DNA of 64,000 nucleotides from Candidatus Bathyarchaeota archaeon (GTDB taxonomy: Archaea; Thermoproteota; Bathyarchaeia; Bathyarchaeales; Bathycorpusculaceae), in contig OY970340.1 of NCBI GenBank assembly GCA_963717465.1, positions 1,600,001 to 1,664,000 on the forward strand, in the 5' to 3' direction. A program made the position numbers and the translations under genes. The notes beneath the pieces are model-generated. The model was given only the letters and a program-made list of their open reading frames with translations, searched no databases and was not told the origin of the DNA. The stretch's first letter is position 1, and each line of letters begins with the position of its first letter. Positions 53,610 to 62,596 of the stretch are shown one piece after another.

Positions 53610-54650
53610 ATGGTTGAATTGACTTCTTATGACAGAGTCATGGCTGTTTTAAACGGCAAGAAAAGTTCTGTTGATAGGCTTCCTTGCATAAACTCTGTTA
53701 GTGTAAGCACGATTGATTTCATGAAGTCTTATGATGCTTATTGGCCAGCCGCACACAAAGACCCTGTGAAAATGGCCAAACTTGGCTCGGCGGCTCACAG
53801 ATTATGTGGTCTTGATAACGTGACAGTACCATTTTGTATGACAGTTGAAGCGGAGGCACTTGGAGCGGTGATTAATTTTCACGAAGACACAATAAAGTGG
53901 CCCTCAATTAAAGAATTTCACGTGAACGAGCCTTCAGATCTTAAATTTCCCAATGACGTATCAACAGCTGGAAGAGTTCCAGTCGTCATTGAAGCAATCA
54001 AAATATTGAAAAAAGAATTTGAAGGCAAAGTTCCCGTAAATGCTTACATAACACCACCATTCACGAGCATCAGCAGTTACCTAGTGGACAGCGTTACTTT
54101 CTTGAAGTGGCTGAGAGTTTCGCCAGAAAAGGTTCATCAATTCGTAAAAAGCGCTAACGATTTTTACGCAAAAATAGCAAAATTATACGAAGAAGCTGGG
54201 GCTGACATAATTACTCTTCATGAGATGGGTGCTTCTACAGATAACATATCACCGAGACATTTTGATCAATTCGTTAAGCCTTATATCGTTGACTTGATTA
54301 AGCCTTTGAAGGCAAAAACGATTTTGAACATTTGCGGAGATGCTAATATGATTGTTGACAAAATGGTTGGAACTGGTGCAAGTGCCATATCAGTAGATGA
54401 GAGAACAAAAATTAGCGGAGTTAGAAATGCAGTGGATAAGATTAAGCCAGGTTATCCTGTCGCCGGTAATTGCCCATCCTACACAGTGATACACTTAGGT
54501 ACTGTCGAAAAAATAAGGGACTATGTCAAGCAAAACATCCAAGATGGCGTTGATATTGTGGCTCCCGGTTGTGATTTTTGGCTAGAGACTTCTGTTGATC
54601 ATGTGAAGGCTTTTATTGATGCAGCCAAAGAATTTGGGAAACTACAATGA
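53610..54650 (+). CDS. MtaA/CmuA-family methyltransferase, paralog 3
   Basis: Close paralog of 51166; VPFCMTVEAE, LNICG (His replaced by Asn) and PGCDF motifs. Confidence 0.85.
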   Translation: MVELTSYDRVMAVLNGKKSSVDRLPCINSVSVSTIDFMKSYDAYWPAAHKDPVKMAKLGSAAHRLCGLDNVTVPFCMTVEAEALGAVINFHEDTIKWPSIKEFHVNEPSDLKFPNDVSTAGRVPVVIEAIKILKKEFEGKVPVNAYITPPFTSISSYLVDSVTFLKWLRVSPEKVHQFVKSANDFYAKIAKLYEEAGADIITLHEMGASTDNISPRHFDQFVKPYIVDLIKPLKAKTILNICGDANMIVDKMVGTGASAISVDERTKISGVRNAVDKIKPGYPVAGNCPSYTVIHLGTVEKIRDYVKQNIQDGVDIVAPGCDFWLETSVDHVKAFIDAAKEFGKLQ

Positions 54651-54740
54651 TAAAGAGGAATACTTTACAAAAAAGTATTTATTCCTGCAACAAAACTCAC
54701 GAAACTTAAAGAACTAATAATTTAATGGAGAGAAAAAATA

Positions 54741-55427
54741 ATGAGTGAAACTGAAATATTTAAGAAACTTTCTGATGCAGTTGATACTGGAAACGTTGAG
54801 ATGGCTAAAGAGGCTGCTAACGAGGCTATCGCTAAGGGCGTTCCAGCTTTGAAGGCGATTTTGAATGGGCTTGCAGAAGGAATGAGAATTGTTGGCGTAA
54901 AATACGAAGAAAAGGAATATTTCTTGCCTGACATGCTTGCGGCAGCAGATGCAATGTACGCTGGGATAGAACTTTTGACTCCTCATATTCCTGCGGCGGA
55001 TAGAAAATCAAAAGGAAAGATAGTTATGGGTGTTGTAGAAGGCGATGTTCATGACATTGGAAAAAACATTGTAAAAATAATGTTGACGGCTTCTGGATAT
55101 GAAATCGTGGACTTGGGCAAAGATGTGCCAACAGGCGAATTTATTAATAAAGCTAAGAGTGAAGGAGCGCAAGTAATAGCGATGTCAACGCTTATGACGC
55201 CAACGCTCATGTCTATGAAAACAGTAGAAGAAAAACTGAAAGAATCAGGAATGAAAGACACTGTTAAAACTATCATAGGCGGCGGCTCAGTAAGCGAGGA
55301 ATGGAAGAATAAAATAGGTTCAGATGCTTATGGCGCGGATTCTTCAGAAGCTGTCAGCAAAGTTAAGCAGTTGCTAGATAGTATCATGACCGCTGTAGAC
55401 GTAATGAAAAAAGATCAGAAACAATAA
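54741..55427 (+). CDS. Methyltransferase-cognate corrinoid protein (MtaC/MttC-like)
   Basis: Cap domain (GL..GM..VG.KYE..EYFLP); B12 motif GDVHDIGKN, DLGKDVP and IIGG. Confidence 0.93.
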   Translation: MSETEIFKKLSDAVDTGNVEMAKEAANEAIAKGVPALKAILNGLAEGMRIVGVKYEEKEYFLPDMLAAADAMYAGIELLTPHIPAADRKSKGKIVMGVVEGDVHDIGKNIVKIMLTASGYEIVDLGKDVPTGEFINKAKSEGAQVIAMSTLMTPTLMSMKTVEEKLKESGMKDTVKTIIGGGSVSEEWKNKIGSDAYGADSSEAVSKVKQLLDSIMTAVDVMKKDQKQ

Positions 55428-55441
55428 GAAGGTAGACTAGT

Positions 55442-57358
55442 TTGGCTCCTGAAGAAATTGAGATCGTATTTCAGCCCTATGGCAAACGAACAAAGTTTCC
55501 ATCGGGCATCAACCTTTTAGATGCCGCCAAAGGTTTAGGCATAGATTTATCTTCACTATGCTCAGGAAAAGGCACTTGCGGAAAATGCAAAATCAAGATT
55601 CAAAAAGGAGCAGAGGGTTTAAGTCCCCTCACAGAAAAGGAATCAAAGCGCCTATCCCAAGAGGAACTTGACACATCCCACAGATTAGCATGCCAAGCTA
55701 CAATAACAAACTCTGCAATAATCTATGTTCCACTAACAAGCAGAGTGGGAGTTCAGAGACTACAAACTGACGGGCTTGATGTACCAGTAAAACCCAACCC
55801 CTTCGTGAGAAAATACTATTTAGAAATGACTCAACCATCACTTCATGACATGAGGTCTGATGAAGACAGAGTTTTTGATGCATTAAACAAGGAGTACGGT
55901 CTTTCTAACGTAAAATTTGACTTTGACACCGCAAAAACTCTTCCAATAAACCTTCGAAAAGAAGATTGCAAAGCAACCGCTGTTGTCTGGAACGACAAAG
56001 AAATTATTGCTCTCGAACCTGGAAATACCTCCGATAGATGCTTTGGACTTGCCGTGGATATCGGATCTACAAAGCTAGCAGGATTCTTGATGGATCTTAA
56101 AACCGGTCAAGTTGTTGCCGTCGCAGCTAGAATGAACCCCCAAATTCCGCTGGGCGAAGATGTCATGTCAAGGATAACCTATGCTATGATGGGTGAGTGG
56201 AAAGCCATCCAGGAACTCCAAACAGCTGTTGTCTCAGGAATTAACGAAATAACTGAGGAATGCTGCAAAAAGGCAAATGTGAAAATTGAAGAAATATACG
56301 AAACCAACTTCGTCGGTAACACAGCAATGCAACTTTGTTTCCTCGGTTTCTGGTCTAGATATGTAGGCTTCTCACCTTACCCGCCAGTACTTCGAAGAGG
56401 TGTTGATGTACGCGCTGCAAGGTTAGGCTTAAAGGCTCACCCAAATGCGAATACGCACTATCTCCCGGTCATTGGAGGTTTCGTGGGAGCAGATAGTATT
56501 GCATGCATCTTAGCATCAAAACTTCTAGAAGAAGATGAAATCAAAATGATTATCGACGTAGGCACAAACACTGAAATCATGTGCGGAAATAAAGACCTAT
56601 GCATGGCTGACTCTTGTGCATCTGGTCCAGCCTTTGAAGGAATGGAAATAAAATTCGGCATGAGAGCAGCAACAGGAGCTATCGAAAAAATTAGCATTGA
56701 TCCTGATACATTGGACCTTAACTTCAGAACTATTGGAAATGCTCCTGCTGTTGGCATAACTGGATCCGCACTCGTCGACGCTCCAGCTGAGCTTCTGAAG
56801 TCTGGTATAATAAACTTGAGGGGCAACTTTGTTCCAGAAATGATGAAGAGAACTGATAGATTAAGAAAGGGATCTAGCGGCTGGGAATTTGTGATAGCGA
56901 GAAAGAATGAAACAAGCATCGGCACAGATGTCGTTTTAACCTTAGCTGATGTTAGAGCACTCCAGCAGGCAAAAGCTGCAATGCACGTTGGAGCAGACAT
57001 TCTGATGAAAAGGATGAACATTCCAATAGAGAAACTGGATAAACTGGTGATTGCTGGGGCCTTCGGAAACTATATCGACGCCGAAAACGCAAGGACAATC
57101 GGCATGTATCCTGAAGTGCCGCTTGAAAAGATCGCTTTCGTTGGAAACCTTGCTGGCACAGGTTCTAGACTTGCTTTGATTTCAAAAGAAGAAAGAGCGA
57201 AAGCTGAAGAAATAAGCAAAAAGGTAAAGTACTATGAACTTGCAGTGGATCCTGAATTCCAGACAGAATATGCGAAGTCACTGTACTTCCCGCACTCTGA
57301 CCTGGATAAGTATCCAAGCACTAAAGAATTACTGAAGAAGTTAGGTCGCATTCCTTAA
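55442..57358 (+). CDS. ATP-dependent reductive activator of corrinoid proteins (RACo/DUF4445, ASKHA fold)
   Basis: N-terminal 2Fe-2S (CSGKGTCGKC...RLACQ); DIGSTK, NPQ..G.DVMSRI, GFVGAD, DVGTNTE, ASGPAFEG and AGAFG motifs. Confidence 0.92.
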   Translation: MAPEEIEIVFQPYGKRTKFPSGINLLDAAKGLGIDLSSLCSGKGTCGKCKIKIQKGAEGLSPLTEKESKRLSQEELDTSHRLACQATITNSAIIYVPLTSRVGVQRLQTDGLDVPVKPNPFVRKYYLEMTQPSLHDMRSDEDRVFDALNKEYGLSNVKFDFDTAKTLPINLRKEDCKATAVVWNDKEIIALEPGNTSDRCFGLAVDIGSTKLAGFLMDLKTGQVVAVAARMNPQIPLGEDVMSRITYAMMGEWKAIQELQTAVVSGINEITEECCKKANVKIEEIYETNFVGNTAMQLCFLGFWSRYVGFSPYPPVLRRGVDVRAARLGLKAHPNANTHYLPVIGGFVGADSIACILASKLLEEDEIKMIIDVGTNTEIMCGNKDLCMADSCASGPAFEGMEIKFGMRAATGAIEKISIDPDTLDLNFRTIGNAPAVGITGSALVDAPAELLKSGIINLRGNFVPEMMKRTDRLRKGSSGWEFVIARKNETSIGTDVVLTLADVRALQQAKAAMHVGADILMKRMNIPIEKLDKLVIAGAFGNYIDAENARTIGMYPEVPLEKIAFVGNLAGTGSRLALISKEERAKAEEISKKVKYYELAVDPEFQTEYAKSLYFPHSDLDKYPSTKELLKKLGRIP

Positions 57359-57700
57359 CTTCACAATTCCTCAATTTTTTTATTTAAATGCGAATTACTA
57401 GATTATCAGTTGCATCTATTAAGGCACTAACAATGTAATATTGTTTCAAACCATTTTCTGCGGACCGTGCGTAGAACTGATGTTTCCTTGGGTTTTTTGA
57501 TCTGCAGTTTGGCTCGGAACGCTCGCTTTCTGTTTCTTTCATTATTAGGTTAATGAGTGGGAGACCAGGTTTTGCAAAGCAGAAATGTACCTACAGTCAA
57601 ATCAATCAACAAGTCGTTCAAACTTACTCATACTCTTCGTGTGCTGTCCTTAAGAGTGCGATGGCTGCTAGCGCTATAAATTTATTATAATAATTAATTC

Positions 57701-58531
57701 TTATTTTTTTCTTACTTGCTCAAGTTGTTGTATTCTTGTATTCACATCGACAGCTTTGCCCCATAACCCCTCAAAAAATACTCGCAACACTCGAATAAAC
57801 ACTTCGCTATCAGTCCAAAAAGCAACCATATCTTCGCCCATCTTAGATTCCCAAACTAGCATCGCACTTTTATCATCTCCTATTAAAAGTCTATATGTTA
57901 TATTTTCCTCCAAAACTAAACAACGCGATTCTGCATTAATACCTAATTCAATAGTCGTAGCCATAAATCGGTTAACTTTTTCGACTTCTTCACGTTTAAA
58001 ATTGATTAAAGATCTAATTTTCACATTCTTAAAATTGCCTTGTACTATCTGTTCAGAAGATAGTCCCTTAAAATTTGAGACCATCCATAATATCTCTTTC
58101 TTTGCATCAAGAACCACCTGTACGCCTTTTGCAGATATAATTTCTTGCCGTTTAAGAATTAGAAATTTTTCATTATCCGCTATTGGGTAATCAGATGTTA
58201 TTGACTTAAATTGAGCTATGATCTCCTTTTTATCAGCTTCTAAGCAATGAGTTTGTTCTTTCATTGCTTTAATATTCAAGTCTAGAACTTTTTCAATTGG
58301 AACAGCAATATATGCCATTGGGCGGTCTATTGTTGATTCTACGATGCCCTTACTTTGTAAACTCTTTAGAGCACGATATGTATCCCCTTTATGGAGTCTT
58401 AGTCTGTTTATAATTTCCTTAGCATTGGTAGGGACTTGATTTTTTGCGAGGTAAAGGAAAACTTCTTGCTCTTTTTTAGTCAGCCCCAGTTTTGTAAGAA
58501 TCTCTGATAACTGATTGTTGTATCCATTCAT
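57701..58531 (-). CDS. TrmB-family transcriptional regulator
   Basis: LGLTKKEQEVFLYL...YRALKSLQSKGIV...RP..Y.AV N-terminal wHTH; C-terminal effector-domain-like region. Confidence 0.85.
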   Translation of the reverse strand: MNGYNNQLSEILTKLGLTKKEQEVFLYLAKNQVPTNAKEIINRLRLHKGDTYRALKSLQSKGIVESTIDRPMAYIAVPIEKVLDLNIKAMKEQTHCLEADKKEIIAQFKSITSDYPIADNEKFLILKRQEIISAKGVQVVLDAKKEILWMVSNFKGLSSEQIVQGNFKNVKIRSLINFKREEVEKVNRFMATTIELGINAESRCLVLEENITYRLLIGDDKSAMLVWESKMGEDMVAFWTDSEVFIRVLRVFFEGLWGKAVDVNTRIQQLEQVRKK

Positions 58532-58832
58532 CTGTTAATCTTCCATTGATATTTTAGACTGGCTTTGAAAATGAATAAGTACTTCCAAGAAAATAACTTT
58601 CATAGTAATTGATCATAAACCATTAACTAACCTTCACTACCACTAGTCTCAGGGTGTTCGCATTTTCGACTTACCAAATTATATATTTGAATATTTACAT
58701 AAAAGCCTTGTGATGGTGTGATGGTTTAGGGAGGTGTTCTTCATGTACATACTCCAGGTCTCAATACTTGATTCCAACTCCCTAACTAATCTCCAATAAA
58801 ATTGTCAGAAATATGGGGGATCATAAGAATAT

Positions 58833-59099
58833 ATGTCTGGGCGTAGGAGGAATATGGTCTCAAAAGCTGCTTTTGATATTCTTCGCCTTCTTTCATTAAA
58901 TGGACGAACAAGATACACTCAAATTTGCTTTGAATTGGCTTTAAGTAAGACTACTGTAAGCATTTGTCTGAAAAAATTGATTGCCGAAGGCTTGGTTAAA
59001 AGCAGAATTAGCATTGCTGGAATCAAAGTTTACTCTAACACGGCTAAAGGTAACAAAGTCTATGAGCGCAAAAAAACAACTGTAGTAATCTTAAGTTGA
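58833..59099 (+). CDS. Small winged-helix (ArsR/MarR-like) protein
   Basis: ILRLL...YTQI...LSKTTVS..LKKL...GLV...Y..T.KG. Confidence 0.7.
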   Translation: MSGRRRNMVSKAAFDILRLLSLNGRTRYTQICFELALSKTTVSICLKKLIAEGLVKSRISIAGIKVYSNTAKGNKVYERKKTTVVILS

Positions 59100-59106
59100 T
59101 GCTGTT

Positions 59107-59283
59107 ATGACTGAGTTTGTAGCGGGTTTAAGTCGTAATAAAACTAAAACTCAGATTTTCACCAAGTATTGTATGCGCTGCGATAAACCGTTCAGGCTAA
59201 ATGATAAAGTTGTAAGTCGCCCACGGAGAAATCAACTCCAAAGATACTATCATAAAGATTGCTATGAAGAAATGTTTGTTTAA
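59107..59283 (+). CDS. 58-aa CxxC...HxxC zinc-finger protein (absent from the ORF track)
   Basis: MTEFVAGLSRNKTKTQIFTKYCMRCDKPFRLNDKVVSRPRRNQLQRYYHKDCYEEMFV*; paralog of 38120-38359. Confidence 0.7.
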   Translation: MTEFVAGLSRNKTKTQIFTKYCMRCDKPFRLNDKVVSRPRRNQLQRYYHKDCYEEMFV

Positions 59284-59294
59284 GCACGCGCAGT

Positions 59295-59849
59295 CTTTTT
59301 GCGTGTTTAGCGGACCGATACAACTAGGCAATTCTCTGTTAAGATAAGGCTCCAAGTTTCCACGTGTCAATGTTATAAAATCGCTAACACGTAAGCCTAA
59401 CGACTTGCCAACTGTAATGACGTATTGTTTGGTTAAATTACCTATATCAGCCATTTTCTTTAAATCATCCCTAGTAAACCGATAGTCTTCGGTTTTACGA
59501 CTTGCCTTGTTGTTTTTTACTTTCTTGTGTTCGTAAAACAATTGGCATGTAAAAGTATGTGAAAAAACTTCTAGGCGCAATGGTTGCGGTTTTTGCGTAC
59601 TTGAATGAAACCCTTGTTTTTTAGCCATTGTTTGAATGACATTATTTTGCGTTCCCAGCTATGTTCGGTATCGGTTTTGCGGTCTGCAAGTATTTGGTCG
59701 CCTGTCATGCCTGTAAATTCCAAAAAATTTAACCAGTTGTAAAATTAACCATCCCTCGTTGCATTTAAACTATCCAACCATTCTGTCGAAGCTTTATCGG
59801 TTGGGTCGATAGTTCTTGGGGTTTTAGAGCGGTAAGCGCCTTTTCTCAA
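59295..59849 (-). pseudogene. Tyrosine recombinase/integrase N-terminal remnant
   Basis: FLEFTGMTGDQILADR core-binding-like region and YRFTRDDLKKM...GKSLGLRVSDFITL (catalytic Arg box). Has an in-frame stop and a frameshift, and is truncated before HxxR/Tyr. Confidence 0.75.
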
Positions 59850-59985
59850 TTAATCTAACCTTCCTACTTGGTTGATTAACTTTTAGCGCCTTGGATTTAG
59901 GCTATTTGTGGATTTAAGGCGAATATGAGACTTTATTTTAAAGCGCGACTTAAAAAAATATGTTGGAAAATTTCGTTTTTTCAGC

Positions 59986-60012
59986 AAAGTTTATAATAAA
60001 AGTTTTATATAG
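59986..60012 (+). promoter_or_regulatory. Putative BRE/TATA promoter of the mcr operon
   Basis: AAAGTTTATAATAAAAGTTTTATATAG, 35-45 bp upstream of the candidate mcrB starts. Confidence 0.5.
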
Positions 60013-60054
60013 TCTGAAAGAATATCATAATAAAACCAAAAGGTCATGATCGGA

Positions 60055-61387
60055 ATGAAGTACAAGGACAAAATAGACCTGTATAGTGAGGAAGGAAAAC
60101 TACTTGAGTCTAATGTACCTCTTGAGGCCATTAGTCCAATTTTAAACCCTGCGATTAAGAAAATAATTCATACATTGATGAGATCCGTCGCTGTTAACTT
60201 AGAAGGCATAGAGAAATCTTTGGCAAACGGAACAGTTGGCGGTGAAGGATGTAAGATTCCTGGAAGAGAACTACAACTCGACATTGTGAAAAATGCCAAT
60301 GTCATTGCAGACAAGGTTTTGGAAAAAGTCAGAGCTAAGAAAGGCGATGATGCTGAAGTTCAAATTCTAGCTGGCGGAAAACAACTCCTAGTTAAATCTC
60401 CAACTCTGAGACTCGAAGCTAGTGCTGAATACACAACATCTTTAACTAACATTGCATCAGCTGTGACGCAAACGATCATTGATGTATTCAACGTATCAAT
60501 GTTCGATGCGGATATGGTTAAAGCAGCTGTTTGGGGCAGGTACCCACAATCAATTAATCTAATGGGCAGTAATCTTGCCTCTGTCCTAGGTGTGCCACAG
60601 GCAAACGAGGGCTTAGGTTACGCTCTAAGAAACATATCCGCGGCTTATGTAGCAATGATATGCAAGAAGAACGCTTTAAACACAGCAGCCTTATCCTCAA
60701 TACTTGAACAGATCAGCAGCGTTCGAAATGGGAGACGCAATCGGCGACTTTGAAAGAATGCAACTTCTCGGACTCGCATTCCAAGGATTAAACGCTAACA
60801 ACCTCGTTTACGACCTTGTTAAGGAAAACGGTAAAACCGGAACAGTCGGCACTGTTATTACCAGCCTCGTAAAACGTGCACTCAAAGACAAAGTTATACG
60901 ACCTCTTGAAAAGAACGAATCAGGTTTTGTTACATATACTACTGACGACATGGCGCTCTGGAACGCATACGCAGGAGCTGGATTATTAGCAGCCACAATG
61001 ATAAGCCAAGGCGCAATGAGAGCTATGCAAGGAGTTTCAGCAGTAGTAGTATATTTCAACGACATGCTCGAACACGAAACAGGATTGCCCTCAGTCGAGT
61101 TCGGCAAATCCATGGGTTCAGGAGTTGAATTCTCATTCTTCAGCCACTCAATATACGGCGGTGGAAGCCCAGTCGTATTCCACGGAAACCACATCGTGAC
61201 AAGACACAGCAAAGGATTCTCCATACCTCCAGTCGCAGCAGCAATCGCACTCGACGCAGGAACAGTTTACTATACACCAGAAAAAGTCGCTGGAATAATT
61301 AGCGAAGTTTTCAGCACAATACCAGAACTAAGAGAGCCAATCGCTCATGTAGCAAAAGCTGCTGCAGAAGTGAAGGCCTCTATATAG
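60055..61387 (+). CDS. mcrB: Methyl-coenzyme M reductase beta subunit (+1 frameshift near 60711)
   Basis: [42 protein letters not shown], then [28 protein letters not shown] and [11 protein letters not shown]...[11 protein letters not shown]. Confidence 0.97.
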
Positions 61388-61399
61388 GCGAAAAAATCG

Positions 61400-61847
61400 G
61401 TGCCAAACACACCCCCTCAATTTTCTTTTAAAAATATTTCTGAAAATAACGAAGAAATCGAAATTTTTCCGAATCGTCTATTAAGCCTTGCAACTTTAGA
61501 AAAAATATTAAATAAAATTTCTAAAATTGAAGAAGTTATCTCTGTAACCTTGCAGGGTCAGCGTCTTCCTAAAGAAGAAGCTACTTGCGCTTGTGAAGCT
61601 GAAAACCAAGTTGAGAGCAGAAAGATTCTTGTGCAAAATCAGGAAATTGAAATTCACATCATGACTGGTCGAATAATTCTCGAAGTGCCAAGCCAAGAAA
61701 CTGAAAAAGTTATCAAAAAAATTAAGAAAATATCTGATCAACTGTCTTCCATTTGGCTATAGTATTAGAGTTGGCAAATTCCTTAAAAGAAACGTGTCAC
61801 TAGCTGATTATAAGAGAGAATGGTTTCAAAATATCTCCAAAAAATAA
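61400..61847 (+). CDS. mcrD: McrD (frameshift near 61746)
   Basis: IEIFPNRLL...T.EKILN, GQRLP and GRII motifs; shifted tail LPFGYSIRVGKFLKRNVSLADY. Confidence 0.88.
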
Positions 61848-61875
61848 TTCGTATCTTTAAGATTCTTAGGAGTCG

Positions 61876-62545
61876 ATGATAAAGTTGCCTGGTGGTTCTT
61901 GTCGCAGAATGGAGAAGCCTTGCATAGGCAAAAAGACACAGTTTATCGATTGCCGAGAGGTAATGGGTTTAGGTTTAGGTGGAGGATTAGCGCAACGTGG
62001 AACTCTCGCTGAAGCGTCTCCTGCAGATGTTATTGTTATAGCTATGTCACCTGGAAGAAGGCATATTACTAAACCCGTTTGCGAAATTACCTCTGCATTA
62101 AGAGAAGCTGGTATCAGTGTGAGTGTTTTGATTTTAGATGCTGGTTCAAGTGTACCACCTGATGCACCTTCCTCAAGACAAGGGTACGGACCAATCTTTG
62201 GTTTGTCTCCAGAAGAATTTGCAAAGAATTTCAAAGCATAAACTTGCAATAATTCATTTGGGAAATGTTAGAGCTCACATTGTTTATAAAGCTCGTGCAA
62301 TTTTGAGAATGGTCAATATTCCTGCGGTTGTTATTTGTCAATGTCCAGTTGATTTTGAGGATTTTGCTGAAGTCGGTGTTAGAACGCGCTTTGTAAAACC
62401 GAATGCGACTGAGGAGCAGACTCTTGGTGAGATTGTTGAAATTGTTACTGACGTGGTAAGGGGTCAAACATGCCCTCGAAGTAAACTCGATGAGATAAGT
62501 GGAAAAGTCAAGTCATCACTAAACTTATTAAGGAAAACAAAATAA
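61876..62545 (+). CDS. mcrC: McrC (frameshift near 62224)
   Basis: [22 protein letters not shown] and [16 protein letters not shown], then [25 protein letters not shown] and VVRGQTCP. Confidence 0.93.
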
Positions 62546-62596
62546 TAGTTGAAAAGAAACCATACAATAATTGAGACAAAACGGAGTGTATAGCAT

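Noticed and set aside
49197..57358. Pyrrolysine-dependent methylamine methyltransferases
   Set aside because: No MttB/MtbB/MtmB-like sequence, in-frame TAG read-through or pyl genes were seen.
39301..59849. The integrase C-fragment (39.3 kb) and N-fragment (59.3-59.8 kb) as halves of one SSV-type split integrase bounding a 20-kb element
   Set aside because: They are on opposite strands, I found no att direct repeat, and housekeeping genes (mtnP, apt) lie between them.
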